Shown one piece after another: positions 46,546 to 61,142 of a stretch of DNA of 64,000 bases; position 1 is the stretch's first letter, and the number at the start of each line of letters is the position of its first letter. The notes beneath the pieces were generated by a model that saw only the letters and a program-made list of their open reading frames with translations, was not told where the DNA came from and searched no databases. The stretch is from the human T2T-CHM13v2.0 reference genome, Homo sapiens, in NCBI RefSeq assembly GCF_009914755.1, contig NC_060929.1; one strand, written 5' to 3'. A program made the position numbers and the translations under genes.

Positions 46546-47959
46546 ATAAAAGACAGGACAACATTTAGGCTAGAAAACTTGTTGCAATCCTTCTTTGAGA
46601 ATTCATTTCATCTCTCTTCTTTAACCCTTCTGAGAGATCTGTTTTGTGGCAGGCTGGACCAGGACCTCCATAATCATATGGCCTATTTAGCTATAAATTG
46701 ATGATTGTGATAATTGAAGATAATGTTTATACTTTTCCCAAATCTAGCCTCAAAATAAAAAAAAGGAGAGTATTTTTTACATTTTATAAGCTGTTAGCAT
46801 GTTAAAGAAAATTACAATGACAAATTAGCAATTTTAGCTCATTCAGTCTCACTGGAACACAGCACCATCTAAATAAGTAAGAATTATATTTGTATGTTAC
46901 ATTAACATATTTCACTATTTAATTTAAAAATGTATATTTCCATGAATTTGCTAGTAATATTTTGGCAAATAGAGCTTTACAAAGGAATATATGACTTATA
47001 TATTAATAAACCACTTACATATAATTTGGTATTTTTAAATGCAACTTTTCTGATGTATTTTAAGCATACTTGTTGCAATTCTAGTTTAAAAGTCTTATTT
47101 GTTTTATTATTTTTCATACGAGAGAGCACAGCTGGATTTTACATTTTGTTCAAATAATGTTTATTTTAAATGAAACTAGTCTAAATGATTTTTTTCTGTA
47201 GTATCCCCAAAACATTGCTTATTTAAACATTTCAAAATGCAAAAATAAAATTAACATCTATTAAGTTACTTAACCATCTCAATATGAAAGTGAGCCATAC
47301 TGGGAATTATTATCATATCCAAAAATCTTTCATTGCTATTCTTGATCAAACACAACCTACAAACGTTCCTGAGCCCAAGGTTACAAATAATGTGGTTACA
47401 AATAATGCTGCTACCCTGTTGGAAGAATAGTCCCGTGTATTTTCACACAGCCTTTGCTTTCCTTAGAATAATGAGAATAGAAAATATAAAATACTTTTAT
47501 TAAATTTTATAATTTGCTAATGCTATTTGATTCTTACACAGTCACACATAATTAGAGAAACAAATTTATCATGCTCATTAATACAAAAAGAAACTAATAC
47601 ACTTACCCATAGGGACTGCATCCCTACGAGATGCATCCGTCCCAAAGCTTATTTTGTGCCACCAGAAAAAATTCTGAATACCTTAAATAGCTATGATTTG
47701 ACGTGGCTATGTAGTTCATTTTGTCATTTACCACCTTTGGCATATATTGTTTCTCTAGTGCTACTTTAATATCATTAACGGAGAGAAAAAGAGATACCTA
47801 CTAAGTGTCATAACATTGACATAAATATTTACCTTATATATCCCTGCATATACTCTGTAGTGTTCAGAGGTTTATTGCATTCATTTTTGAATTGCACACT
47901 GTCATTACCAGACACATTTTCTCTAGATACAACTCGAACTGCTTTGTTTTTGTCTTTTG

Positions 47960-48515
47960 GGATATTAAATCATGACTGACACCTATTCTACATTATTTTT
48001 CTCCCTTTTCTGTAGTAAAAGACTAAATCCTTAGTCACAGAGTAGTGTTACATATGACTCAGGCCAAATCAATTCTGTTTGCCATTCTTGCTCACAGAGA
48101 TTGTTCAAGGAATAAATATGTAGTTCTTAAGCCAGAGCAGTAAGAAACTGTTTTCATATATTTTGCTTCTATGTTTGTTCTGTTTTCTATGAAGAGCAGA
48201 TAAGGAAAACCTCTTTTTTCTCTCTAGGACACTCTTAGAAACAGAAGCACATATGTGTTTGCAACCATAGCTTCAGTCATGTAAAGAAAACTGCCCTGAG
48301 AAAATGAAGTAAAAACACAAGGAAATCAGAGAGGAGATATGGAAAGAGATGAGACCAGAAGAGATTGTGATCAATTTTGTAATTCTAATCATCTATTTAT
48401 GTTATACACATTTCTAACTGGCTTACAGATCTTTTATGAAGTCATTGAATTCCACGTGTTTTTACCTAAGCTAGTCTGCTGAGTAAGTGCTAGCTACTGC
48501 AATGCTTAACTAACA
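47960..48515 (+). mobile_element. Old MaLR LTR (MLT1J/K-like)
   Basis: CATATGACTCAGGCCAAATCA...CCATTCTTGCTCACAG..ATTGTTCAAGGAAT...AAGCTAGTCTG...CTACTGCAA; highly diverged. Confidence 0.4.
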
Positions 48516-51500
48516 GTATTATGATGTATACTAGGGTTACATATTTAGATCATTTTCAGATGCCCCCCCTCCCAAATTAATACCAGCCCCCCTGGAAGTT
48601 CTGAACCAAATGAAGGAAAAAACAAAAGCAGATAGAGAAATAACTATTGTTGCTGTGGTTGATATTAGAAAATATTAGCTTGGGTGTTTGGCAACAGGGC
48701 TTTGATACCACACTCTATAATTGGATAGACTTATCCTCTTGATCAGGGCTGTACTAGACCTTTACCTCTTTCTGCAGTAGAGCCTGTCTGTGTAAAAGCT
48801 ACAATGTAGACTAAGAAAGAAAAACATGTGTCCCAGAGAGTAGCCTAACTGCAGATAGACATAAAGTTTAGGTTTAAACCTAGATCTAGCTGCATAGATT
48901 TAGCAAGAGACTTGCCAATTTCTCTTCCAAATACTCCATTAAGGCAGTTAATTTCTTCTGCCAGAGAAAGAGGGTGAAGGTGAAAAGAAGACCTAAGTGT
49001 TACCTTGTTGGATGCTGCTCTGCATGGAAGAAAACATTAGGACTGGTAAAGAGGCTCTCCTCCTAACACACGTAAATACAGCTACATGAAATTTTTAATT
49101 AAAAAATATATTTGGTGTTACTATATACAGCATTTTAGAAAAAGAAAATCTAACATGGAAGGCAATATGTTTAAAAGAAAGCTTGCTGTCATGTCAAACA
49201 TGACATTTTCTTTTTTATAAAATACTGCTTTGTAGCCTCTGTGTTCAGTATAACTGGCTTCATAAGAATGTTTTTGCATCCTAATTTTAAAATAATTGAA
49301 ACATGAATTTCGGATGGAAAGGAACAAATTTCAATAGAAAAACCAATATATGCCTTTTATAATCTAATCGGTAGGTTGTGAACAAATACTACCTCGGGAA
49401 TTTTGGGACTCTAGCCTTTCAATTTCTGGTAATCTTCAGTCATACAGCCTCTTCTCCACTACAAAGAAGTCACATTTCCATTTTATATTCCATAATTTTT
49501 CTCTTTGCTCACATATACTTAGAACTACAGAATTAATCTAAATGAGGATAAGAAAGATTTTATTGCTGTGAATTCAGTTTTATAAGACACTGCTAATATA
49601 AGACAGTGTCTTAGATTCCCAGGACTCAAAAGGATGGTCACTGTTGCATTTTCAACGGCAAATAGGAGGAATGTATTCACTTTGTCCTTTTGTATTTGCC
49701 CCATTAGTTTTTCTAATGAATAATTAGTAATCCATTGTATTAATTATTCAACATGAATACATTCAATACAATGTGAAGTTTTGTGAGAGTTGGCAAGTGC
49801 AAAACTGAGTCAGCAAGGTAAAATAATTCCCATAAATTTATCCTATATCTAACAACCTTTAGGTAACATTTATTAGACATATAATCTCATAGATTCTGAA
49901 GAATATGTCTACATTACAATTTAAGAAACAATACATTGAAAATTATATTCTTTCACTTTTGATGATCACTCAGCAGCAAAACAATGGAAAACACACATAG
50001 ATATGACCAAAGTGTCAAGGTAGTAAGAAGTTAAAGCTATGTACAAATCACTTGTGGATTATTTGTGAAATATGGGATCAAATAAATAGATATTTTAACT
50101 ATGATGTGGGTGCTAAAATTTTAAGCAAATAATTCCTAAGTGGGTAACTAACATAGACAAGGTACCTAAGCTGATGAGACAGTTTAAAGAAAACATTTCC
50201 TTATCTTCATATTGGTCCTGAATGTTGCAGTATTTAAAATTACGTTCCCAAGACAGAACTTCTATGTGAATTATAAGTAAAAGTCACCAATGAAAAGTCT
50301 TCAGATGAATTTTCCATGTGATTGTCTCCATCCTTACTTGCTACATATGTCGGATATATTGTTGATAATTGTATATTTCAGTCACCTCTATTTACTGGAC
50401 ATATGATGAGAAAAGATATACAGCAAATTCATTGTAAATCTTAACTCTTTGACTGAATAAAGATTTCTTTTAAGGAACAATTGAACCCTCAAATTAAACA
50501 GCTTACCAAAACTAAAAACAAATATTTAAATGTAATTTTAATGCAACAGCTTGATATAGCCTACTTTTAAATTACCATTACTCTTTGAAATATCAACCAG
50601 TGTAGTCCAATGATATTTATAGAAATAAGATATAAGAGTAGCTTAAAAGATTTAGAGAATCACAGTTCAGAAATTAGGCATGGTTAAGACATAGTCTATG
50701 ACCACTAAGTAGCTCAGATAGCGATATTTACTGAAACTTTCCAAGATTTTTCTTACAATGAAGTATTTTCTAAAATCTTCATACTTCTTTCTAAAAAATG
50801 AAATAAACAAACATGAGCCATTTTTTGTTATATGAACTCTTAAAGAGTAATTCCATCTACTATTTACTGTCTCATTCAAAAGCTATTCTCTTATGAAGTG
50901 CTTGAAATCTTTTGTCATTTAAAAACACTAAGCTAATATATTTGCCTTCTGTTATGACAAGGATGGCTAGGAGCAACAACAATCATTTCATATAAGAAAC
51001 AACAACAATCACAATAAACACACACACATATACATATATAGGCACATATCCATATAATTTCTCCATCACAAAGGGTTTTATATATTTTTTTAACTTTCCT
51101 TAAGAAGTAATCATTTTAGATTTCAGCTAGTGCCTTTACTGAATGTCAGATTAGGTATTACCCTGATTTGCTCTTCATTATATTATAAATTTATTACTAA
51201 AACAAGTTCAAGAAATGATATTTCTCATCAAGCTTTAAAATATTAGTTTCCATTTTGCCTCAGAATAAGATGTTTTATTCATTGGCAAAATTCCCAGTCC
51301 AATAATATAAAGGTAATAAATTATGTACATTTGGATGGCACTTTAGTGGATTCTTAATTAAGGAATGGTAACCATCATCTAAGGGGACACATTTTATTTA
51401 GCAAGTAAAAGAACAGATCCATTAACCCCCATACATTCCAAGATTTAGCACTAGGGATGAATATTAAATTACTATTAAGTTTTTTTCACTGTGTAAAAAA

Positions 51501-52502
51501 TGTAACCTTAGGATAGTGATTAAAAATAAGGAATAAATGAATTCTCATAGCTGTATAGGTTTAACAAACATTTTGAATATTTAAATATAAAACATGGTGT
51601 GAACACAATGATTATTTAGCATATTTTTTACTAAGGAAATAGCTAACTTTGAAGCAGTTTAAAGCAGCTTTTTCATATTGCAATTTTTGGCAGAGATAGC
51701 TTTTGAACAGGCAAAAATTTCTTTAAGGACACCTACATCTTTGTAATCATAGGCCAGCTATTTGATTGGATATGCTCTGTTGATGAGGAAACCCCTTAAA
51801 ATCAGCAGTGTATATTAAAAATTTACTCAACAAAAATTTTATAGTATAGCTGTAGGTATGTTTCTGAACAGAGAGAAAACAGAGAAGCAAGAAGGTACAG
51901 TCTTGAATGGGAAAGGAAGGAATAAATTAATAAAACATTTTATATATGTTATGTATCAATGTGACATTAAACTAGGGTAGAAACTGATATTTTGCTAAAA
52001 TAGTATCAAGTTAAAATATCTATGTGTTGAAACACATGTGTATAAAAGCTAACAAATAATAGCAAGCATTTTTGAAAATTTTAGAAGAAATTGCTCCTTA
52101 CAAGTAATATTTTCAAATTAAAAGCAATTGAGTGTTCAAGCCAACATGTTAAATATTTATTGATTTGTGTAATTCTGCTACAAGTTCTTTGCTCGTACTT
52201 GCAACGGAGTTCATTAGCTTCTCAACCTGTTTTCAAAGGTGTGCTGCCTATTCATTTAAGAAACTGATGGTTTTACGACTAGTAGCATGGTGTATTTAAC
52301 AAACACTGGCCTAGGACTCATAAGCAGAGATGACTACAGGTTGATGATCTAATAAATATTCTAGTCATCACTGCCTGGGCTAAAGGTAAGAAACTGTCAG
52401 TAAAAATCTATTGTATGTGACTTTCTTTCCTTATCAACAAAAGATAATATTGACTTTAGACACAAAATGTACTAAAAAAAAAAAAAGCCAGAGATACTGT
52501 TA

Positions 52503-52833
52503 TAGTAATTCCTTGATATTCATAACGAATTGATTCCAGGATATTCATGGATATCAAAATCCACAAATACTCAAGTCACCTATATAAAATGGCATAGTAT
52601 TTGCATATTATCTTGTACATCCTCCCATATACTTCGAATCATCTCTAGATGACTTACAATGCCTAATACGATGCCTACACATTGCTTCATTTATATGAAT
52701 TCGATGTAGTACTCTGCGTGGGCAAATTCAAGATTTGCTTTTGAGAATTTGAAGAATTTTTTTCCCAAATACTTTTGATTTCATGGGTGATTAAATCCAT
52801 GAATGCAAAACCCAAGAATTCTCAGGCCAATTG
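52503..52833. mobile_element. MER2/MER2B (TcMar-Tigger) DNA transposon
   Basis: TCAAAATCCACAAATACTCAAGTC..TATATAAAATGGCATAGTATTTGCATAT...ATCATCTCTAGAT; TA dinucleotides flanking both ends. Confidence 0.8.
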
Positions 52834-53859
52834 TATCCTTCAGTCAATTTCAATAAATTATATTTATCTCATGGCATATATATTTGACGGTTGTAATAGT
52901 TGGAAAGAAGGAGATTGGTTCAAATTAAGCACCTTTGTTTTTATATTTGCTATATAATAATTTCTTTAACTCTCAGAAATAATTTTGACTCTTAAACAGT
53001 ATTTGAATGTCATATGTTCAAACCGCATCTTCCCAATTATTTTGAAAAATATTACTCACTTAATCTTAAAGTTAAATTTTAAAAATAACTGGAGTATCAA
53101 TATAAATATTTTATAAAATACTAAAAAGGTAATGCATATTTCCACTTTGTGTAAATGTATACATTTACATTGTGTGTAACACTTTCTTATGTTAATAGCT
53201 GATTAGTATATTATACTACAGTGATACAGTTATACACACACAAATATGCCTAAATTTGAAAATTGATAGAAATGGCAGAAATGAACGTATGTATAATTAA
53301 TTTATTTCCAACCACAGCATGTATCTTTAAATTTTAGACTAATAAAATGAAATTGTTGAACCAGATATGTATGTTGATTTTCAGAATCTTGATATATCTT
53401 GCCAAATTATTTTCAGGTGAAAAACTCACTTTTAGAAAAAAAGTAAAATAGTCTCAAGTTATAGCCCTGTCAGCATTCTTTTAGATATTTACTATAATGT
53501 ACTGATCTCTAATTTTATTATGAATTTAAATTATTTTTATCAATTTAATTGGCACAGAAATCTCATTACAATGCAATTATTCATATTTCTAGGCTTCTTT
53601 TAAAAACAAAAATAAATTTAAAATATATAACTAACAATTAGACACCTGGTTTCAATCAACTTTGATATTGTGGGCAAGAATCTTATTTTCACTTTTTAAA
53701 TCACAATGATGAGCTATAATGATTATAGACAATATTTGAACAGGTAACCCAGGATATTTTAGTAATATTTATAATGGGCATTATTATTATTATTTTATGA
53801 TTTTTGTTTGCAATTCTTTAAAGGAAATTCAATGTTAGTAAAATATGGTCTCTGTATTA

Positions 53860-55600
53860 TTGGAATATTCTCACTTCACTGACAATCTTGAATAAGAGTT
53901 TAACCTATGATAGACTTGTAAAAAAATAGTCCTTTTCATTTAATTTCTTAAAGTCTTCATTCCATCTTATTTCCCTTCTTGTATTGCTGAGAGGAAGGAC
54001 CTCGATCTCAATGCCATTCTTTTGTAGCTATCCTTTGAGATTTTCTCTTTATAGCTGATATTTTCAGTTTTATTAGGTTTTGTTTGGGGTGGATTTATTT
54101 TATTTATCCTATTCAACAGTTTGTGTCAACTTTTAAGATAAAGATGCATGTCTTTTTTTTTAAATTAGAACAAATTTTCATTATTTTTAGCTCAATTTTT
54201 TCCACCATTTTTAAATTATATTTGAAATAATAATTAAGAACATAGCGATGGCTCTTAATACTGGACACATGTTTTTTAACAGCTTTTTTATATTTTTCGT
54301 CTTCCTGACTCTGTGAAGTTCTCATGGAGTTATTAGTTCTAAATTCTAATTGATTAAAATGTCCTAAGAATCTGTACAGTCTATAGTGTGTAACACCTAG
54401 TTTGTTTTTACTTCAATCATTACGCATTTTATCTTAAGCATGTTAAATAACTTTTTATAATTTACTTCATCTTTCATTTTTCTCTTATATACTTTGATAA
54501 CTTAATGAAAGTTATGTGGATGCTATCATATTTTTATGTCTGAAGTAATTAAACACACTTAGTGTATTTATTTATCTACAGGAAATGAATCCCCTTTCTG
54601 AGTTTCTTGGGCTACAAGTTATTATTATATTTTAGAGTAATACTAGTTGTTTTAGTAAATATTCATTCATTTATAACATTTCAGAAACACCTTTTTGTTC
54701 ATATAACAGTACAAAATGGCTGCTTTGTCGGTAGATGACCTGACTTCTTTCCGTCCTAAGTACTAGCTCCTAATATAAAAGCCTCATCATTTTCTATATC
54801 CAGAAGACAGAAGGGGAAAGAGACGTGTGGAAAAAGTAGATTCACAACTTAGAATCTTTAATTTGTAAAGATTTATCTTCACATTGCAATTGGGAAAATA
54901 AGTCATATGAGGTCACAAATAGATGTACAGGAACCTGGGAAGGGGGACCCTGGTTCAGTCGCTGCTTTCAACACACAGTCATGGGGACTCAATCTTGGAA
55001 AGGAAAGTAAGCACTTACAGGAGGGCTAGCCGTTTCTGGCAATACACAGGTTTTTTTCTTCATGTACTTTGGTTTCCAGTTTGTCAGTACACCCTTGTTC
55101 TCTCTCTCTCTCCTTTCCTCCGACCATCCCCCACCTCCATTTATTCCCCTCTTCAGTTGGTTTTGTGGTTGTTTTACTTAGATACTCAAGATCTCTGATC
55201 AAAAATACTTTCTATATTCACAACTCAGATATTCACAGCTCAGTCGTCCTTCATGATGTTGACTTTGGGGGCAGTGTACCGATCTAGCTGGTGGTTTGAG
55301 TATGATACAGGCTATGAAACTGTGTGTGCTTCTAAATCCCCAACAGTAAAATTTTAGCATAAACTATGGCCCAGATAGAGTGTACAGGTAGGATTGCCTT
55401 GTCCCACCTCAATTTTTAAAAGTGAGACTGGTTTTAGTTCCCAACTTAGGCTAGTGATACTGCCCACTGTTACTCTACAGACTTCTCATTCCTCAACCAG
55501 AATCCAGGTTGCTAGCAATATCGACCTCTTTTTACTTTGAATATTTGTTTGATTTCTGGTTAATAGAAACATCATTTTTTGTTTTTGCTTTTGTTTTAAG
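53860..55600 (-). mobile_element. Ancient L1M/HAL1-type ORF1/5' fragments
   Basis: Diverged T-rich sequence (TTGTATTGCTGAGAGGAAG..TGCCATTCTTTTGTAG...ATTAGAACAAATTTTC) paralleling antisense L1 ORF1. Confidence 0.4.
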
Positions 55601-58328
55601 AGGAGGAGGTGGTGTCCCAAGGGCATTTATATCTTTGCTCTGTATTTGGAGGAGAATGGAGAGTTCCAAATGATCAGAGCTTGCACATTACTAGATCCCC
55701 TTTCTATAAGTATTTTTTTATATATTTTGTGAGTTATATTTGTTCATATACCTCACCACTCACCAATTGTAAATATTCTTCTATCTTGCCTTGTGTCATC
55801 TTCTAGTTTCTCTATATGTTAAGGTATTAAAATGTATTCATACTTAGTGTGACCAGTTGATTAGGCACCTCCACTTACTTCTGATGTTTATGTGGAAGAG
55901 TAAGCCAATAAAAGCACACCGTTACCAATCTGCATCTTTCTAGGATTCATTTTATGCAAACTCTCTATACTCTTATCTTTTCATTTTATTTTGCTATGTA
56001 TGTATACAGCCAATATTCCCCACACTGTATACAACCTGAAAGTTCTTACAGGGATGGAAATAAGGGAGCTATCAAACCTTTAGAACAGCCACAGGAAGAA
56101 TGACCCAGAAAAAAAAAAATTACATGATTATTACAGTTGTAACCTCCAGATATTTGGGAGTGAAGCAGAACTTGTCCTTTAAAAACAAAGTTAAACCAAT
56201 CTGTAGCTATTCCTGAGAGTCTAGGAGACTTTGCACCATAGTTAGTAAATTCATCCATGGCTTCTTTGCTTCTCAGGGCCAGAGAAGTCACAGAGCTTAC
56301 TCTTGCCTTAGGGATAAATTTGTGCTCATTTGCCTTGATCCTAAAACACAGTGAGTGATAATGATAGATATTGCTCCCATGTCTCCCTCTAAAATGTCTT
56401 TAAGGTACACTTCAAGAAAAAAAATACCTTTTCTGATTCTGATTTAAACTTTAATGTCATCCAATGATTCTAAGTCAGTCATGAAATTTAAGCAGTTTCA
56501 ATTTTCTGAAGTTCAAAGTTAAAATTGTAAGATAATAAAAGTAGTACTTAAGAAAATAAGGCCATCTAAATGGCTCTGGTCTAACAAAATCATCTTTTAT
56601 TTTACATATTTTTTTCACATATTTGCATTACTACACTTTTTTACTAAATAATATTAAAAGAGTACCGTGAAAAGGCTACTACTCATCACAAACATTGTAA
56701 TATAGGTTAAGTCCATATTCTAAGATCCTATTTTCTATCAACATGTTTTATGCCATGAAGGCCTTCAGGTTTATAGTTCCATTTGGGTTTGCATGTAGCT
56801 ATCTTTTCAGTCAAAATGACTCAGATTCTCATTGAATACTTCCCTTTGTATAAACTTAAAGTCAAATATTTACTGCTGAGACAGGTATACATCTAAGAAG
56901 GCTTTCGTTTTCTAACTTACAAAATTCTCTAAATTTCCAGAGGGAAAATGCTGCGATCAATTGAAGTTGTCATCCTCATGAAGCTCATACTGTTTTGCCT
57001 GAAAAATAAATGTAAATGCACATTCTGGGTCTTAAAATACATAGAAACAATACTTTTTTCCCTGCTACTAGCTTTGTAAGATAAATAGGGTTCATGTTTA
57101 ACATATATACTCAATACTTGGGCAATTTGTCTTCATCTAATGAATTATTATTTACCATTTTTAAATTATCTGCTCAGATTACAAGATTCTTTTTAACAAT
57201 AACCAAATTTTAATTAGTAAAACTTTTGGTCACTTTATATTTTCTGATGTGCATATTACAATAAAATATTATTTTGCTGATTGAATGAATATTGCTTATT
57301 TATTTAATAGATAAATATATATACAAATATTTATATATTCACATTTTATTTTATGTATATACTAGGACAATATTATATTTATTGATATAATTAAAAAAAC
57401 AGTTATTGATAGGATTACTGAAAATTAGTTTTGACTTCGTAGTGTCTAATTCCTGATTTATTTTAAAATTTTGTTTGTTTCCCTTAGTTGTATCTAAAAG
57501 AAGGTTTAATTCTGCCTTCTCTCCCATTAAATTAACTGGAACTTTATTGGGGTATTGATCTAAATTTGGTGTAGAAGAGCAAACATTTATTGCCAATGGT
57601 TACATATTATATAAAGATGATGCACAGAGGTTTTTAAGATAATTTTTTTATTATTAAATGATACACAATAATGAGAGAAAACTGTCAACTACAAATAGGT
57701 CTAAAAATAAGAGAACCTATAATTCAATTACAGACAATAAGCATGTTTATGCTTCCCTCTAGGTTATTTTATATTTACATATGAATATATATATATATAA
57801 AAATGCAATTATAAACTTTCTGTATACTTGTATAACCTGTATTTTCACTTATTTCAATAACTTGCATATTATTCCAATATATTGAGCCTCAAAAATTTAT
57901 TTGAGTAATCTCTTATTGTTTCTAAATTGCAGTTTTGGGATATAACTTTGGAAATTACTGGTTTCCAAATTATTGAGTCCTTAGATAGAATAAACTTCAA
58001 CATGTTGATGAACTCAAAATAGATATTTTATGTACTTTCAAAATATATTGTCAAGTTATAATATCAGAAATTTTGTATAAATTTATACTTTAAAAATATA
58101 AATCAGAACCAACTACTGTTCTTTTATTAACACAGTTTTTAAAAATACAAAATATGTCACATAATATTTGCATTTGCATGTTTTTCATCAGTCATAAGAA
58201 TGGTGACAGAAAAACAAGATGAAAATTTTCTCACATATCATCCATTTTAGAGAAGCAGGCAGAAAGGATTTAGGTATCATAAGGAGAGACACCAAATAAC
58301 CCTGTAAGACCAAAAAATCTTTCCAAAC

Positions 58329-58769
58329 TGTAATGAATGTCTTGATGTTCTGTTACCTCACTTCCTCTTCTACACTCTGGCCTGGAAGATTCATTCTCCT
58401 AGTTGCTGAAAGTGTGGGCAGACAATAGCTCCCAACTGAGTCACTCCTAGCACTTGCCATGGGCTGAGGAGAGCTGCTTGCTCAATATCATTACCTTCTT
58501 CTTGGAGTAACCCATGTCAAGTGACCAGCTGAGCTGGCAATATAAATGCCTAGAACCCTCATTCCAATTCAGTACAATTTTGAAGAGTCATTGCAGCTCC
58601 AGTGCCCCTGTTAAGATTGACTGAGATCTTTGGTATAGTTCAATTTCTCCTGCTACCCAGCCTTACGTTTTTTTCCCTTAGTGTTGTTGATTCTGAGTGT
58701 ACTGATGGATACAATTCCTGCAAGTAAATCTCCATCTATAGTCTTCTGAGAGAAACCAACCTGAATACA
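58329..58769 (+). mobile_element. LTR16C-like ERVL solo LTR
   Basis: TGTAATGAATG start; TGGGCTGAGGAGAGCTGCTTGCTCAA, CAATTTTGAAGAGTCATTGCAGCTCCAG; ends AACCAACCTGAATACA. Confidence 0.7.
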
Positions 58770-59819
58770 ATATACATTGTAATCCTGACATACCAATGAA
58801 AGAAAACAAAGCAATATTTTTTTCATCTAGGTATTTGTTGAGAAAGAGACCGATTAATCCTGAAACAACCTTATCCTTCAATAATAAAAGTACTACTAGA
58901 AAAGGAAAAGTTAAACAGGAAATAATATAGAAAAAGAAAATTGAGTTGGTCAGCAGCTCCGGGGTAGAGAAACATAGAACTTGTGTGTACATTGAAATTT
59001 TCCACTTTTGCAATAGGTTAGCAATTCCAAGGGTGACACTTGAAAATTTAACAATATGTTTCTCCATTTTTCTAGAATGGAGTATCTGCTGAGGAGACTG
59101 GAATGAGGAAGGAATTCATTAAGTCTGATTGTCTCTGAACAGCAAAGTTCCTGAGGTCAGTCTGAAGTGAAATAAACTATTCAAAAGCTTAAAATACCCT
59201 GAATAAGAATAAAACATGCCAGTAATTAAAATGATTTGAGGATTTTATTCTAAATACATTTTAAAGATCAAAGACTAAATCTACCAACAGGCAAAGCATG
59301 AAGACTAGAGTTCTGTGAATTTAGCCTTTAGACTTAATCTCTGAGGAAAAGAAAACCAATCTCAGACAAAGACATACGAAGCCAGGGAGAACTGTTAGAT
59401 ATATTATCTCTAATTCCAGTGGGGCTATCCGTGTTAAAAATTAGTAAGAGGGAAAAAAGTACATGGTAAAAACTGCAGAAGAAATAAAGAAAAAAAAAGC
59501 ATAAACAGTATTATTTGCTAACGTTGAAAGACACACAAACTCTTAAGATTAGAAACTCTAATATCAATACAAATAAATTTTACATGTAAAATACCAAAAT
59601 AAAATAGATAATGCAGAACTAATCAAGGTGAGAAAAGAAGCACAATTACTGTAGAACCAATACATGAGTAAGAAAAAGTATGTAAGAGTAGAATTCACTT
59701 ATGTTGATACCTAAATAAATCAACTGGAAGGGAGGATTGGATAATCATGAGAGAAGTCACAAGAAATTTAGACAACATCATTATCAGTAGATAACTTTAT
59801 GTCTCACCTTCCTGTTTAA

Positions 59820-60320
59820 AACTTCAACCCTTCTATCCACCCTGTACACTCAGCAGAAAACTTTTCCCAATATTTCATTTAAAAAATGGCAACAATCAGA
59901 AGAGAGCACCTCTCCTTCCACTCTTAAGTGTACCAGTGCCCCTTTATGTGACCACCTATGTTCAGACATTACTCACAATACAATAAAGAAATGTCCCTGT
60001 TTTTGTCTAAGACCTTTCATTTATGATCTAGATGACATGCCCTTCCATTAGATCAATGATTTGAACACTGAAATTGTCCTCGCTCATCCTGCATCATTAG
60101 AAGTTCTCTCTTGTTTCTATCATGTATGGAGTTATAGAAGAAAACACATGTTAAAAAAATTTTCCTTAAACAAGCATCTCTCTCCAATAACTTCCTAATT
60201 CTCCCCAGTCCATTGGAAAAGTAGTAAGCTAAGAGAGTCGCATATTTTTCTGTTACTGACTACATCTCCACTGACACACTTTTCAAGTCATTCCATATAG
60301 ACTTTTATTCCCACTTAGTT
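59820..60320 (+). mobile_element. L2a fragment
   Basis: CACTCAGCAGA...TATTTCATTTAAAAAATGGCAACAATCAGAAGAGAGC...CTAGATGACATGCCTTC. Confidence 0.5.
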
Positions 60321-61142
60321 AAAGAAAGAGAAATAACAAAGAACTTAGTGGGGTTGATGGATGTTATTATAACATACATTTATACAACTAATACTTAGAA
60401 GGTATTTATGTATTGGACTATGTCATGAGAATTTTTAGTAAGCTTGCTACTTGATAACACTCAATTGGAAAATAGAGAGAGCCAGATTCTTAAGAGTACA
60501 AATGAGAAATGAAAATCTGTAATGGATATCTCTACTTGTAATCTTTATAGATATAAAAAAAGGAGTCACACAGCATTCAGAGTATTCGTAACCAGATGCT
60601 TATGAATAGAGTTTAATTTGTTGGTGCACCTTTCCCCTACCATTCTTTCTAAGTACAATTAAGCAGGTAGAATTGAGGGAGTTTCTATTTCCACTCAAAC
60701 ATTTGAAAAAGATGAAGTAAAGACCGTATGTTCAATAGGCTGAGAAACCTATGGAGATACTAGCTAAAATAAGAGTATAAGTTATTAGCAGTTACTGATT
60801 TTGATGTTGCATATATTTGTTTGATATTATAACACATAAAAAGGTAACTTTTAAAAAGAGTCTTCTGACATCTATATTTGAAGTCTGAACCTTTTATTCA
60901 TTTAAAACAATAAAAAATCTATTAATTATGTTTTGGCACTGAAAAGTATTTATTTTCTAATTTTTGACCAATACTTGTCCTATATTAATAATTTTAAATA
61001 ATCACAAGAATATATATTGAAAACACTTCTGAAAATCTCTTTAAAAGCCAGCAATAAATGGTTGACTTTGTACATATATGTGTATGTATGAAGCTTATAA
61101 ATATTCGTATATATGATGTATATATATTTTTTAAGCAAAAAC

